NCBI GenBank assembly: GCA_012719415.1
Contig: JAAYAK010000137.1
Location: 835 to 64,834 of the forward strand
Source: Syntrophorhabdus sp.
GTDB taxonomy: Bacteria; Desulfobacterota; Syntrophorhabdia; Syntrophorhabdales; Syntrophorhabdaceae
Reading direction: 5' to 3'
DNA length: 64,000 bases
The position numbers and the translations under genes are program-made. Below are positions 28,260-36,508 of this stretch, piece by piece. Each line of letters begins with the position of its first letter. The first letter of the stretch is position 1. The notes beneath the pieces were generated by a model. It worked only from the letters and a program-made list of their open reading frames with translations, did no database searches and was not told the origin of the DNA.

Positions 28260-29858
28260 GTGATCAAGTCACTGAAACTGAGATTCATTCTCATTGCTGT
28301 TTTCCTCGTCGTTTCCATCGTTTACTGCCTTCCCAATGTTGTGGAGCTCGAGGGCGTCTGGAAGAAATACCTTCCCAGCGATAAGATCCACCTCGGGCTT
28401 GACCTGAAAGGCGGCATGCACCTGCTCCTCGAGCTCGATACGACAAAGCTCATGGACAACATAACCGACCGGCGGGTGAGCGCCCTCAAGGACGGCATGA
28501 TCTCCGACGGCGTGAGGTTCCTCGGCATAGACAGAAAAGGGAGCAGCATTCACGTCTCTATCAGGCCCGACCAGAAAGAGAAGCTCTTCAATGTTGTGGG
28601 GAACAAGTTCCCGGACCTCAAGGCCGGCACGGCGAAGGCGGAAGGGGATCTTTTGAATATCGAGTTCCTTCTGCCCGAGAAAGAGCTTGCCTCGATCAAG
28701 GAGAACGCCGTCAACCAGGCCCTGGAGACGATACGCAACAGGATCGACCAGTTCGGTGTGTCGGAGCCTGTGATCGTGAAACAGGGAGAGAACCAGATAC
28801 TGGTGCAGCTCCCGGGCGTGAAGGACCCCGACAGGGCGCTCGAGCTCATAGGCAGAACGGCACAGCTGGAATTCAAGCTCGTCGACGAAGAGGCCATGAG
28901 ACAGGGCGGCGAGACCGGGGCAATACCCGCGGGCAGCGAAGTCCTCAAGATCAGGTCCAAGAACAAGGAGACGGGTATTGAGACCACAGCCCCCATCGTT
29001 CTGAAGAAACAGGCCGTCCTGACGGGCGAGCTTTTGACGGACGCACGGGTCCACATGGGCAGCGGGGATATCGGCAGCGAGATATCGGTGGGCCTCGAAT
29101 TCAACAGCGAAGGCGGGAGGATCTTCGACAAGGTGACGGCGGAGAACGTGAACAGGAGACTTGCCATAGTCCTTGACAACACCGTCTATTCGGCACCGCA
29201 GATCCGCGAGAGGATCTCCGGCGGCAAGGCGTCCATCACCGGCGGCTTCACGCTCAATGAGGCAAAGGATCTTGCCATCGTGCTTCGGGCGGGCGCCCTC
29301 CCGGCGCCGGTGAAGGTGGTGCAGAACATCACCATCGGTCCGACGCTCGGTCAGGACTCGATCAATAAGGGCATGCTGGCCACGCTCCTCGCGACCCTCT
29401 TCGTTGTCATATTCATGATCGTCTACTACCGGTATTCGGGCATCATCGCCAATATCGCCCTTGGACTTAACCTCATATATCTGCTCGGTGTGTTCAGCGC
29501 CTTCAAGGCCACGATGACCCTGCCCGGCATAGCAGGTATCGCGCTCACCATCGGCATGGGCGTCGATTCCAATGTCCTCATCTTCGAGAGGATACGCGAA
29601 GAGCTGCGGTTGGGGAAGACGGTCCGGGCGGCGGTTGACGGGGGCTACGCCAAGGCGTGGGTGGCGATATTCGACTCCCACATCACCACGCTCATCACGG
29701 CGGCCGTCCTCTTCATATTCGGAACAGGGCCGATAAAGGGTTTCGCGATAACCCTGATCTTCGGCATGATCATAAATCTCTTTACCGCGGTGTTCGGATC
29801 GAAGACCATCTTCGACTGGATACTCGTGAAATTCAAACCCAGAACACTGAGTATATGA
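28260..29858 (+). CDS. secD: Protein translocase subunit SecD
   Basis: 532 aa. N-terminal TM, large periplasmic domain (GLDLKGG, VSEPVI..QG..QILVQLPG) and a six-TM C-terminal SecDF core. Confidence 0.93.
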   Translation: MIKSLKLRFILIAVFLVVSIVYCLPNVVELEGVWKKYLPSDKIHLGLDLKGGMHLLLELDTTKLMDNITDRRVSALKDGMISDGVRFLGIDRKGSSIHVSIRPDQKEKLFNVVGNKFPDLKAGTAKAEGDLLNIEFLLPEKELASIKENAVNQALETIRNRIDQFGVSEPVIVKQGENQILVQLPGVKDPDRALELIGRTAQLEFKLVDEEAMRQGGETGAIPAGSEVLKIRSKNKETGIETTAPIVLKKQAVLTGELLTDARVHMGSGDIGSEISVGLEFNSEGGRIFDKVTAENVNRRLAIVLDNTVYSAPQIRERISGGKASITGGFTLNEAKDLAIVLRAGALPAPVKVVQNITIGPTLGQDSINKGMLATLLATLFVVIFMIVYYRYSGIIANIALGLNLIYLLGVFSAFKATMTLPGIAGIALTIGMGVDSNVLIFERIREELRLGKTVRAAVDGGYAKAWVAIFDSHITTLITAAVLFIFGTGPIKGFAITLIFGMIINLFTAVFGSKTIFDWILVKFKPRTLSI

Positions 29859-29868
29859 GGCGGCGCCC

Positions 29869-30771
29869 ATGATGGAGCTCATTAAAGATACGAAAATAGA
29901 TTTCATCTCGCTAAGGAAGAAGGCATTTGCCATATCGGCGATACTCGTGGCCGTGGGGATATTCTCTTTTATCATGATCTCTCTCGGCAAGGCCAACCTC
30001 AGCATCGACTTCACGGGCGGCACGAACGTGCAGGTGAGGTTCGCCGAGAAGGTCAATATCGGCGACCTGAGGTCCGCCCTGGAGAAGGGCGGTATTGACG
30101 ATGTGCAGATCCAGGAGGTCAGCGGAACGCGGGATTTTTTCATCAAGACGAAGCTTTCGGACACGGAGAAGGAGTCCCTCACAACGAAGATAACCTCCAT
30201 CCTGTCGACGCAGTTGAAGGGCGCCAAATTCGAAATGCTGGGAAGCAACATGGTCGGTCCCGGCGTAGGCCAGTCGCTGAAGAAATACGCCATCATCGCC
30301 ATCGTTCTGGCCCTGCTCGGGATCATCATCTACATTGCCTGGAGGTTTACCTTCCTATCGGGCATCGCGGCGACCATCGCCACCTTCCACGATGTTCTCG
30401 TTATAGCGGGGGTTTTCTACTTCCTCAACAAGGAGTTCAATCTCCTCATCATCACAGCTCTTTTGACCATAGCGGGATATTCCCTCCAGGACACGGTCGT
30501 TGTCTTTGACCGCATCAGGGAGAACTCGGGCAAGATGAAATCCCGCGAGGATTTTGGCAGTATCATCAACGCGAGCATCAACGAGGTCCTTTCCAGGACG
30601 ATCGTCACGGGTATCAGTACCCTTATCAGTCTAGCCGCCATTATGATCTTCGGCGGGGAAGTGCTCTTCGATTTCGCCTTCGCGCTTTTTCTTGGCCTCA
30701 TTGTGGGCACTTACTCTTCGATCTTCGTGGCGAGCCCGATTCTCTATGCATGGCGCCAAAAGATCCGTTAA
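29869..30771 (+). CDS. secF: Protein translocase subunit SecF
   Basis: 300 aa. IDFTGGT motif and SecDF-type TM core (FHDVLV..G, DTVVVFDRIREN). Confidence 0.93.
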   Translation: MMELIKDTKIDFISLRKKAFAISAILVAVGIFSFIMISLGKANLSIDFTGGTNVQVRFAEKVNIGDLRSALEKGGIDDVQIQEVSGTRDFFIKTKLSDTEKESLTTKITSILSTQLKGAKFEMLGSNMVGPGVGQSLKKYAIIAIVLALLGIIIYIAWRFTFLSGIAATIATFHDVLVIAGVFYFLNKEFNLLIITALLTIAGYSLQDTVVVFDRIRENSGKMKSREDFGSIINASINEVLSRTIVTGISTLISLAAIMIFGGEVLFDFAFALFLGLIVGTYSSIFVASPILYAWRQKIR

Positions 30772-30852
30772 CGGTAACGTTGCCGTTCAGACACCCAGGA
30801 AAGATGTAATGCGGACGATCTGCTGCAGACTCGTGCGGCCGGGGGAGATTGC

Positions 30853-33150
30853 GTGAAGGCGAAGCTGGAAGAGGTCCTGAAGGAGAAGGAGAGGGAACTC
30901 AAGCTCTACCGCAGGTTCCTCGACCTCAGGAGCTATTGCGAGAAAAAGGTCTTCCCGCGGATAGACGCTCCCATCGCGGAGCACGTGGAAACCTTGAAGG
31001 GCATCATCGAGAAACTCATCCCGGACCCCAAGGACCGCACGGAAGAGATGTTCTCGGGCGAGATCTTCGCCCTCCTCGGGACGATCTACCTCCACGATGT
31101 TTCCCTGATGAAGGAGTTCGACTGGCCGCTCAACGGGAACATACTCAACGCCCGGGACATGGATGTGAAGGGCGTCTTCATGAACTACGAGCTGGCGCGG
31201 CGCCTCGAGATCCCGGAGGGTGCCGTGGAGGCCATCAATGCCCTGAGCTATGCGCATCTCGTCAAGAAGGTCCCCCTTGAGACGGAGATAACGGATAACA
31301 CCTCCAAGGCCATAATACGGAACATGAAGGTCTTTGAGTACCTTTTCAACTTCGCCCATCTCCTCGTGGACGTTTTCTTTACCGATCTGTCCCACAACCG
31401 CTTGAAGAGGTACAGTGACCACGAACTGGCCTTGAGGCCGGGAGAGGCGGTGCTCGATGTCGACAGCCGGGAGGGGATCATTTCCATAGAGTACAACAGC
31501 AGGGTCCCTTATGAAGCGCACATGCTCGAGAGTGTGAAACGGTACGTGGAAAGCATGTTCGTAAGGTTCAAGAACCACGTCAACGGGAAACTCGGATTCC
31601 AGTACCGCGAGATCGTGTGGATCATCACCAGCAACTTCTATTACGAACGCGACGTCTTCAGGATACCGAAGGTCTCGCCATACTTCGAATTCGAGGGTGT
31701 GCCCGTGCAGCGCTGGGATGAGGCGTCCATCGTCCTCGACAGGCTCTTTAACGAGCGTTCCGTTGTGGTGGCGGGCGAGGTGTCGGCGGGCAAGACCACA
31801 CTGCTCACGTACTTTGTCCTGCCGCAGCTCACCACTGTACACGAAAACGTCTATTACTGCGAGCTCTGGTCGCAGCCGACAAAGGAATTGCGCGATGTGA
31901 TAGGAAAGCGCCACAGGATCCCGCGGGTGGACGACCTCGACATAACTTCACTGAGCAAGACACTCCTCAAAAGGGGGCCGTGCTTTTTCATCATCGACGG
32001 CCTGGAAAAGATCGTTTTCATGGAACAAGGAGAACGGGAAAAGCTGGTGCGCTTTGTCGAGTTCATGCTCGGGGAGCCGGGGGCCTACTTTGTGCTTTGT
32101 GGTGAGAAGGAGACATTCTTTGACTGGTACCGCGTGTTCCAGGGTATGCAGATATCCTCTCTCTATGAGCTGAAGGCCTTCGAGAGGACATCCTACGGGC
32201 ACAGGCCGGCAAACCCGCGGAGGATAGAAGGCCACGCACGGACCCTTCCCCTCGATGAAGATCTCCCGAGGAGCGCGACCGAGACGGATAGTTTCGTGCG
32301 GGAGGCTTTACAGGGGATCGAGAATGACGGCGACCTTGCCCTTATCATGTCGGTCTTTGTGGACGCCGCCGGCCCTATCATGAAAAGGTACGATGTTGAC
32401 GACATTCACGGCGAGACGGCGATTCCCCACGAGGGGATCATGCCTCTCGTGTCCTCCCTGAAAGAACGCGGGATCCTCCGGGAGGCCGAGTACCAGGGAA
32501 TTTCCTATTATGTTCTCGCCAACAGGGTTCTCAGGGAACCGCTCTGGCGCATCCTCGATCTCGGCCGGTTCGAGGAGAAGAAGATGCTTCGTAACAGCCT
32601 CGGCAATTTTATTGTAAACGAGACCTTTCTTGATGACGAGACCCTGGACCTCGCGGAAAGATGGCAGGACCGGATCGTTATGTCGAAGGAAGAAATGGGT
32701 GTCACCCTCGCAAGTCTCATCGCGCGGGGAAGGGATTGGAGGGTCCTTTTCGAAACCGCGAACAGGTCGGAACGGGGCATCGACATCCAACCCATCCTGA
32801 AGCTTCTCTACAGTGAAGACGTGGAGAAGAGAAAGGATGCCATCAGCATCCTCGTGGAGATCAACGATAAGGATATGATCAACCCCTTGCTGTTGCACCT
32901 CAAGGAAGAGGACGTCCTGGAGATCAAGGACCTTGTCATTCAAGGCATCAGCCAGACGGGCAAGAAGAGGGCCATCATCGCCATCATGAATACCCTGAAG
33001 GAGATAGGGGACAGGGACGTGAAGCTCCGAGCCCTCAGCTTTCTCCAAACCCTCTTCGGCGACAACTCCCACAACATCCTCGCCGAGATCAAAGAGATCG
33101 AAGAAGACCCGCTCATCACGAAAAGGATCAACGAACTCCTCAGAGCCTGA
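30853..33150 (+). CDS. Large STAND-like P-loop NTPase with an HD-like N-terminal region and C-terminal HEAT-type repeats
   Basis: 765 aa, GTG start. The N-terminus has an H(44)...H(81)D(82) pattern (AEHVETL ... IYLHDVS). Walker A is VVAGEVSAGKTTLL and a NACHT-like Walker B is CFFIIDGLEK. The C-terminal ~150 aa are helical repeats (LLYSEDVEKRKDAISILVEI, LLLHLKEEDVLEIKDLVIQGI, DRDVKLRALSFL). Its amino-acid composition is that of a real protein, unlike its antisense shadow ORFs. Confidence 0.7.
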   Translation: MKAKLEEVLKEKERELKLYRRFLDLRSYCEKKVFPRIDAPIAEHVETLKGIIEKLIPDPKDRTEEMFSGEIFALLGTIYLHDVSLMKEFDWPLNGNILNARDMDVKGVFMNYELARRLEIPEGAVEAINALSYAHLVKKVPLETEITDNTSKAIIRNMKVFEYLFNFAHLLVDVFFTDLSHNRLKRYSDHELALRPGEAVLDVDSREGIISIEYNSRVPYEAHMLESVKRYVESMFVRFKNHVNGKLGFQYREIVWIITSNFYYERDVFRIPKVSPYFEFEGVPVQRWDEASIVLDRLFNERSVVVAGEVSAGKTTLLTYFVLPQLTTVHENVYYCELWSQPTKELRDVIGKRHRIPRVDDLDITSLSKTLLKRGPCFFIIDGLEKIVFMEQGEREKLVRFVEFMLGEPGAYFVLCGEKETFFDWYRVFQGMQISSLYELKAFERTSYGHRPANPRRIEGHARTLPLDEDLPRSATETDSFVREALQGIENDGDLALIMSVFVDAAGPIMKRYDVDDIHGETAIPHEGIMPLVSSLKERGILREAEYQGISYYVLANRVLREPLWRILDLGRFEEKKMLRNSLGNFIVNETFLDDETLDLAERWQDRIVMSKEEMGVTLASLIARGRDWRVLFETANRSERGIDIQPILKLLYSEDVEKRKDAISILVEINDKDMINPLLLHLKEEDVLEIKDLVIQGISQTGKKRAIIAIMNTLKEIGDRDVKLRALSFLQTLFGDNSHNILAEIKEIEEDPLITKRINELLRA

Positions 33151-33169
33151 ACCCTTGAACCCTTGAACC
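33146..33169 (-). repeat. GTTCAAG-family repeat, inverted copy (about 3 units)
   Basis: The plus strand reads CCTGAACCCTTGAACCCTTGAACC, which is GGTTCAAGGGTTCAAGGGTTCAGG on the minus strand. It fills the 25-nt gap between the convergent STAND gene and serS, and overlaps the STAND TGA. Confidence 0.75.
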
Positions 33170-33175
33170 GTCTTC

Positions 33176-34444
33176 CTATCCTATTTTCTCCGCGCCGTGC
33201 ATGTACGGTCGTAAGGCCTCGGGGATGGTTATTGTGCCGTCTGCGTTCTGGTAGTTCTCCATGACGGCCATGACCGTCCTGCCTATGGCGAGGCCGGAGC
33301 CGTTCAGGGTGTGGACGAGCTCCGTCTTTCCTCCCTGCCTGCGGAAGCGGATCTTCGCCCGGCGGGCCTGGAAGTCGGTGAAGCAGCTGCATGAGGATAT
33401 CTCACGGTAGATGTCCTGCCCGGGGAGCCAGACCTCGATGTCGTAGGTCTTGGCCGAGGAGAACCCGAGGTCTCCTGTGCACAGGGCGCTGACACGGTAA
33501 TGGATATTGAGCTTCTTGAGAACGTCCTCGGCATCGAGCAGGAGGCCCTCCAGCTCGTCGAAGGAGTTGTCGGGGTGGGCGAACTTGACGAGCTCCACCT
33601 TGTTGAACTGGTGCTGGCGCGTAAGCCCCCGGGTGTCCTTCCCGTGGGCCCCCGCTTCCTTGCGGAAACAGGGGGTGTACGAGACATACTTGACGGGGAG
33701 TTCCTCTTCCTTGAGTATCTCGTCGGCATGGATGTTGGTCACGGGTACCTCGGCGGTGGGTATGAGGAAGTAGTCCACCCCCTCGAGGTGGAAGAGCTCT
33801 TCCTCGAACTTGGGCAACTGGCCCGTGCCCGTCATCGAGGCGCGGTTGACCATGAAGGGAGGCAGCACTTCGGTATATCCGTGCTCCCCGACGTGGAGGT
33901 CGAGCATGAAGTTGATAAGGGCCCGCTCGAGGAGTGCCCCCGGGCCCTTGTAGAGGGTGAAACGCGAACCGGTGATCTTGGCGGCACGCTTGAAATCGAG
34001 TATGTCGAGGCCCTCGCCGAGGTCCCAGTGGGCCTTCGGTGTGAAGGCGAAGGAAGGCTTCTGACCCCAGGTCTTGACGACCGTGTTATCCTCGTCCGTC
34101 GACCCCAGGGGAACCGAGGGGTCCGGTATGTTGGGAATGACGAGGAGAAGCTGCTCCCATTCCTCTTCAACGGCCTTGAGACCGTTCCCTGTCTCCTCGA
34201 TCCTCCTGCCCAGCGAGCGCTGGTACTCTATCTTATCGGCGGCATCGGCACCGGACTTCCTCAGTTTCGCTATCTCGTTGGAGAGGGTGTTCTTCTCGTT
34301 CTTCAACTTCTCCGTTTCCTGGATAAGCCTGCGGCGCTCCCCGTCGAGCTCGACGAGCCTGCCGGCATCGAATGAGGCCTGCCTTTTCGCCAGCGCGGCA
34401 TTCACCGCCTCTATGTTCTCGCGGATCATTCTTGGGTCGATCAT
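33176..34444 (-). CDS. serS: Seryl-tRNA synthetase
   Basis: 422 aa. N-terminal coiled-coil arm, then class II core motifs ([15 protein letters not shown]). Confidence 0.95.
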   Translation of the reverse strand: MIDPRMIRENIEAVNAALAKRQASFDAGRLVELDGERRRLIQETEKLKNEKNTLSNEIAKLRKSGADAADKIEYQRSLGRRIEETGNGLKAVEEEWEQLLLVIPNIPDPSVPLGSTDEDNTVVKTWGQKPSFAFTPKAHWDLGEGLDILDFKRAAKITGSRFTLYKGPGALLERALINFMLDLHVGEHGYTEVLPPFMVNRASMTGTGQLPKFEEELFHLEGVDYFLIPTAEVPVTNIHADEILKEEELPVKYVSYTPCFRKEAGAHGKDTRGLTRQHQFNKVELVKFAHPDNSFDELEGLLLDAEDVLKKLNIHYRVSALCTGDLGFSSAKTYDIEVWLPGQDIYREISSCSCFTDFQARRAKIRFRRQGGKTELVHTLNGSGLAIGRTVMAVMENYQNADGTITIPEALRPYMHGAEKIG

Positions 34445-35017
34445 TTAATCCTCCAACATCTGAGAGTTGAACTCTATCGGTTTGTAGGTGTAGACGGTCC
34501 CGCCTATGGTAAAGATGGCCTGGCCCGCGGCGAGGAGCTGAACGTCCTTCGCCTTCGTGAAGTTTGCAAGAAAGGAGTTGACGATGGCATAGACCGTCTG
34601 TATCTCCATCAGCGGATCGAGTTTCAGAAGGGCTATGTCGGGCGTGAAGTTGAGTATCACCGTTCCCTCCATGTCGGCCGCGAAATCGGTAAGGGAGAGG
34701 GTGTCGGGAAGGACCTTGCCCGTCTTGAGGGCCGACATGATGGCATCGGCCTTTTCCCTGTCGGTGAGCGTGTTCTTGACGGGGACGGCTTTCAGGCTCA
34801 GCTTTGCCGCCGGGGAAGGATAATAGATCTTGAGCTCGTTCACTTCCGCTACGACCACCGTCTTCGGGGGCCTCGCCAGCCTGGCGTAGCGGTAGGCGAA
34901 AAAGCCGGCCGCCGCTGCAACTATGACCACCAGGACAACGATGTAGGGAGTGCGGATGAGTTTCCTGCGCGCCGGGGGTCTTCCCCCGATATAGATGTCC
35001 TGCTTCTTCCCTCTCAT
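34445..35017 (-). CDS. Membrane-anchored GerMN-domain protein
   Basis: 190 aa. A single N-terminal TM helix, then a pattern resembling GerMN (YYPS....L..V.V......REKADAIM.AL). Assignment is by resemblance only. Confidence 0.55.
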   Translation of the reverse strand: MRGKKQDIYIGGRPPARRKLIRTPYIVVLVVIVAAAAGFFAYRYARLARPPKTVVVAEVNELKIYYPSPAAKLSLKAVPVKNTLTDREKADAIMSALKTGKVLPDTLSLTDFAADMEGTVILNFTPDIALLKLDPLMEIQTVYAIVNSFLANFTKAKDVQLLAAGQAIFTIGGTVYTYKPIEFNSQMLED

Positions 35018-35580
35018 CGCATGTCTCTTTTGAGCTCCTCGATGAGCTCATTGGAGCTCATTACGCGGAAGATGGGATACAGCACGTTCTTGCGGTAGGC
35101 GTCGAGGAAATTCTCATGGATCTCTCTCTTGTAAGCGGCGCTCATGTCCTCGAGGATGATGGTCGCGAAGTCGTTGCATATGGCATCGAGGGCGGTGGCG
35201 AGCACACAGAAATGGGTGTTGATCCCTCCCACCGCCACGGTGTCGACGCCAAGGGTCCGGAGCGTCTGGTCGAGGTCTGTCTTAAAGAAGGCGCTGAATC
35301 GCCGTTTGTCGAGGACGATGTCCGACGGCTGGGGTTCCAGCTCGGAAAGCGGTTTCGTCCCTTCCGTTCCCCGGATAGCGTGGGGTTTCATGCGGCCTTC
35401 GAAGATGAAATCATTTTCCAGGAAGCTGTCGCAGGCAAAGATGACGGGGATATCGAGGCCCCGGACGATCTTGAGGAAGTCCCGGACGACGGGGACGATC
35501 TTCTCTTCTTCCTTGATGCCCGTGATGGGTTTGGTGTAGTTGCCTTCCAGCATGTCAACGATGATTATGGCGGGTTTCAT
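35014..35580 (-). CDS. Isochorismatase-family cysteine hydrolase (nicotinamidase-like)
   Basis: 188 aa. PAIIIVDM start, DKRRFSAF, and a catalytic Cys context (GGINTHFCVLATALDA). Confidence 0.85.
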   Translation of the reverse strand: MKPAIIIVDMLEGNYTKPITGIKEEEKIVPVVRDFLKIVRGLDIPVIFACDSFLENDFIFEGRMKPHAIRGTEGTKPLSELEPQPSDIVLDKRRFSAFFKTDLDQTLRTLGVDTVAVGGINTHFCVLATALDAICNDFATIILEDMSAAYKREIHENFLDAYRKNVLYPIFRVMSSNELIEELKRDMR

Positions 35581-36359
35581 GATCTGTCCTTTCGTGGATC
35601 CCTGAGAAAGAGGCTGACGAAATTATCTCGCAGGAGTGGCGCCAGTTCACCGGTCTTAACGCCGCGCTCCTTCGCCATGGCCTCGATGGTTATCTTTACA
35701 TGGGAGGGGATGTTCCGTTTTCCCCGGTGCGGTACGGGTGACAGGAAAGGTGCGTCGGTCTCGGCAAGGAGCCGGTCGACGGGAACGAAACGCACGACGT
35801 CCCTCAAGCCTCCGGCGGTCTTGTATGTGACCGTTCCGGGGATGGAGATGAAAAATCCCATGTCCAGGAACTGACGGGCGGCCGGCACGTCGTAGGAGTA
35901 GCAGTGGATCACCCCGTAACCCGAAGGGTACTCCTTCTTCAGGATGTCGAGGGTCCGCTCCTTCGACTCGCGAGAGTGGACGATGATGGGCAGTCCGAGT
36001 TCCTGTGCCAGACCGAGCTGCCTGATGAAGACCTTCTCCTGGACCTCGCGGGGCGAGTGGTTCTTGAAGAAATCGAGGCCGACCTCCCCGTAACCCACTA
36101 TCCTGGGATGCCTCGCCGCCTCGCGGATGACGTCCTCGGTCCTTTCGCTGAAGTCCTTCGCGTTATGAGGGTGGATGCCGATGGCCCCGTAGATGAAAGG
36201 ATACCTCTCGATGAGTCCTCGCACCTTTCCGAAATAAGATTCCTCCGTCCCGACGGTGAGGACATACTCAAGCCCCTCGTCGACACAGTTCCTGACGACA
36301 ACATCCAGGTCCCTGTCAAAATCCTCCATCTCAAGATGGCAGTGAGAATCAACGAACAT
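35577..36359 (-). CDS. tatD: TatD-family metal-dependent hydrolase/DNase
   Basis: 260 aa. MFVDSHCHL start, GIHPH, EVGLD, PIIVHSR and ETDAPFL motifs. Confidence 0.9.
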   Translation of the reverse strand: MFVDSHCHLEMEDFDRDLDVVVRNCVDEGLEYVLTVGTEESYFGKVRGLIERYPFIYGAIGIHPHNAKDFSERTEDVIREAARHPRIVGYGEVGLDFFKNHSPREVQEKVFIRQLGLAQELGLPIIVHSRESKERTLDILKKEYPSGYGVIHCYSYDVPAARQFLDMGFFISIPGTVTYKTAGGLRDVVRFVPVDRLLAETDAPFLSPVPHRGKRNIPSHVKITIEAMAKERGVKTGELAPLLRDNFVSLFLRDPRKDRS

Positions 36360-36364
36360 GTCTG

Positions 36365-36394
36365 TTTATAACATGAAGACCGTTCAAGGTTCAA
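36365..36394 (-). promoter_or_regulatory. Candidate extended -10 promoter abutting the tatD start codon (possible leaderless mRNA)
   Basis: The minus strand reads TTGAAC (36394..36389, part of a GTTCAAG repeat unit), an 18-nt spacer ending in TGt, then TATAAA (36370..36365). Only 5 nt (cagac) follow before the ATG, and there is no Shine-Dalgarno. Confidence 0.3.
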
Positions 36395-36491
36395 GGAAGT
36401 GAAGACCGCGAAGACCGTTTCAGGGTCCGGGGTTGTTCCTGCTTTTAGCTTAAAACGTAAAACCTAAAACCTAAAACCTAAAACGGTCTTC
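36375..36491. repeat. Composite intergenic repeat block: GAAGACCG direct/inverted copies, two GTTCAAG units and five TAAAACC heptamers
   Basis: GAAGACCG occurs at 36375, 36401 and 36410. An inverted AAACGGTCTTC at 36481..36491 pairs with GAAGACCGTTT at 36410..36420. GTTCAAG occurs twice at 36382..36395. The heptamers TAAAAC(G/C) run five times across 36451..36485. Confidence 0.8.
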
Positions 36492-36508
36492 TATCCCTGG
36501 AACCGCTT

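Noticed and set aside
28046-33169. Inverted GTTCAAG arrays as terminal inverted repeats of a mobile element carrying secD-secF-STAND
   Set aside because: The enclosed genes include essential housekeeping secDF. No transposase, integrase or target-site duplication is visible. A third copy lies outside at 36382. The arrays are tandem short repeats rather than unique terminal sequences.
36451-36485. GTTTTAG-like repeats (minus strand of the TAAAACC array) as a possible CRISPR array
   Set aside because: The units are only 7 bp and directly abutting, with no spacers. No cas genes are in the window. It is a microsatellite-like heptamer array, not a CRISPR.
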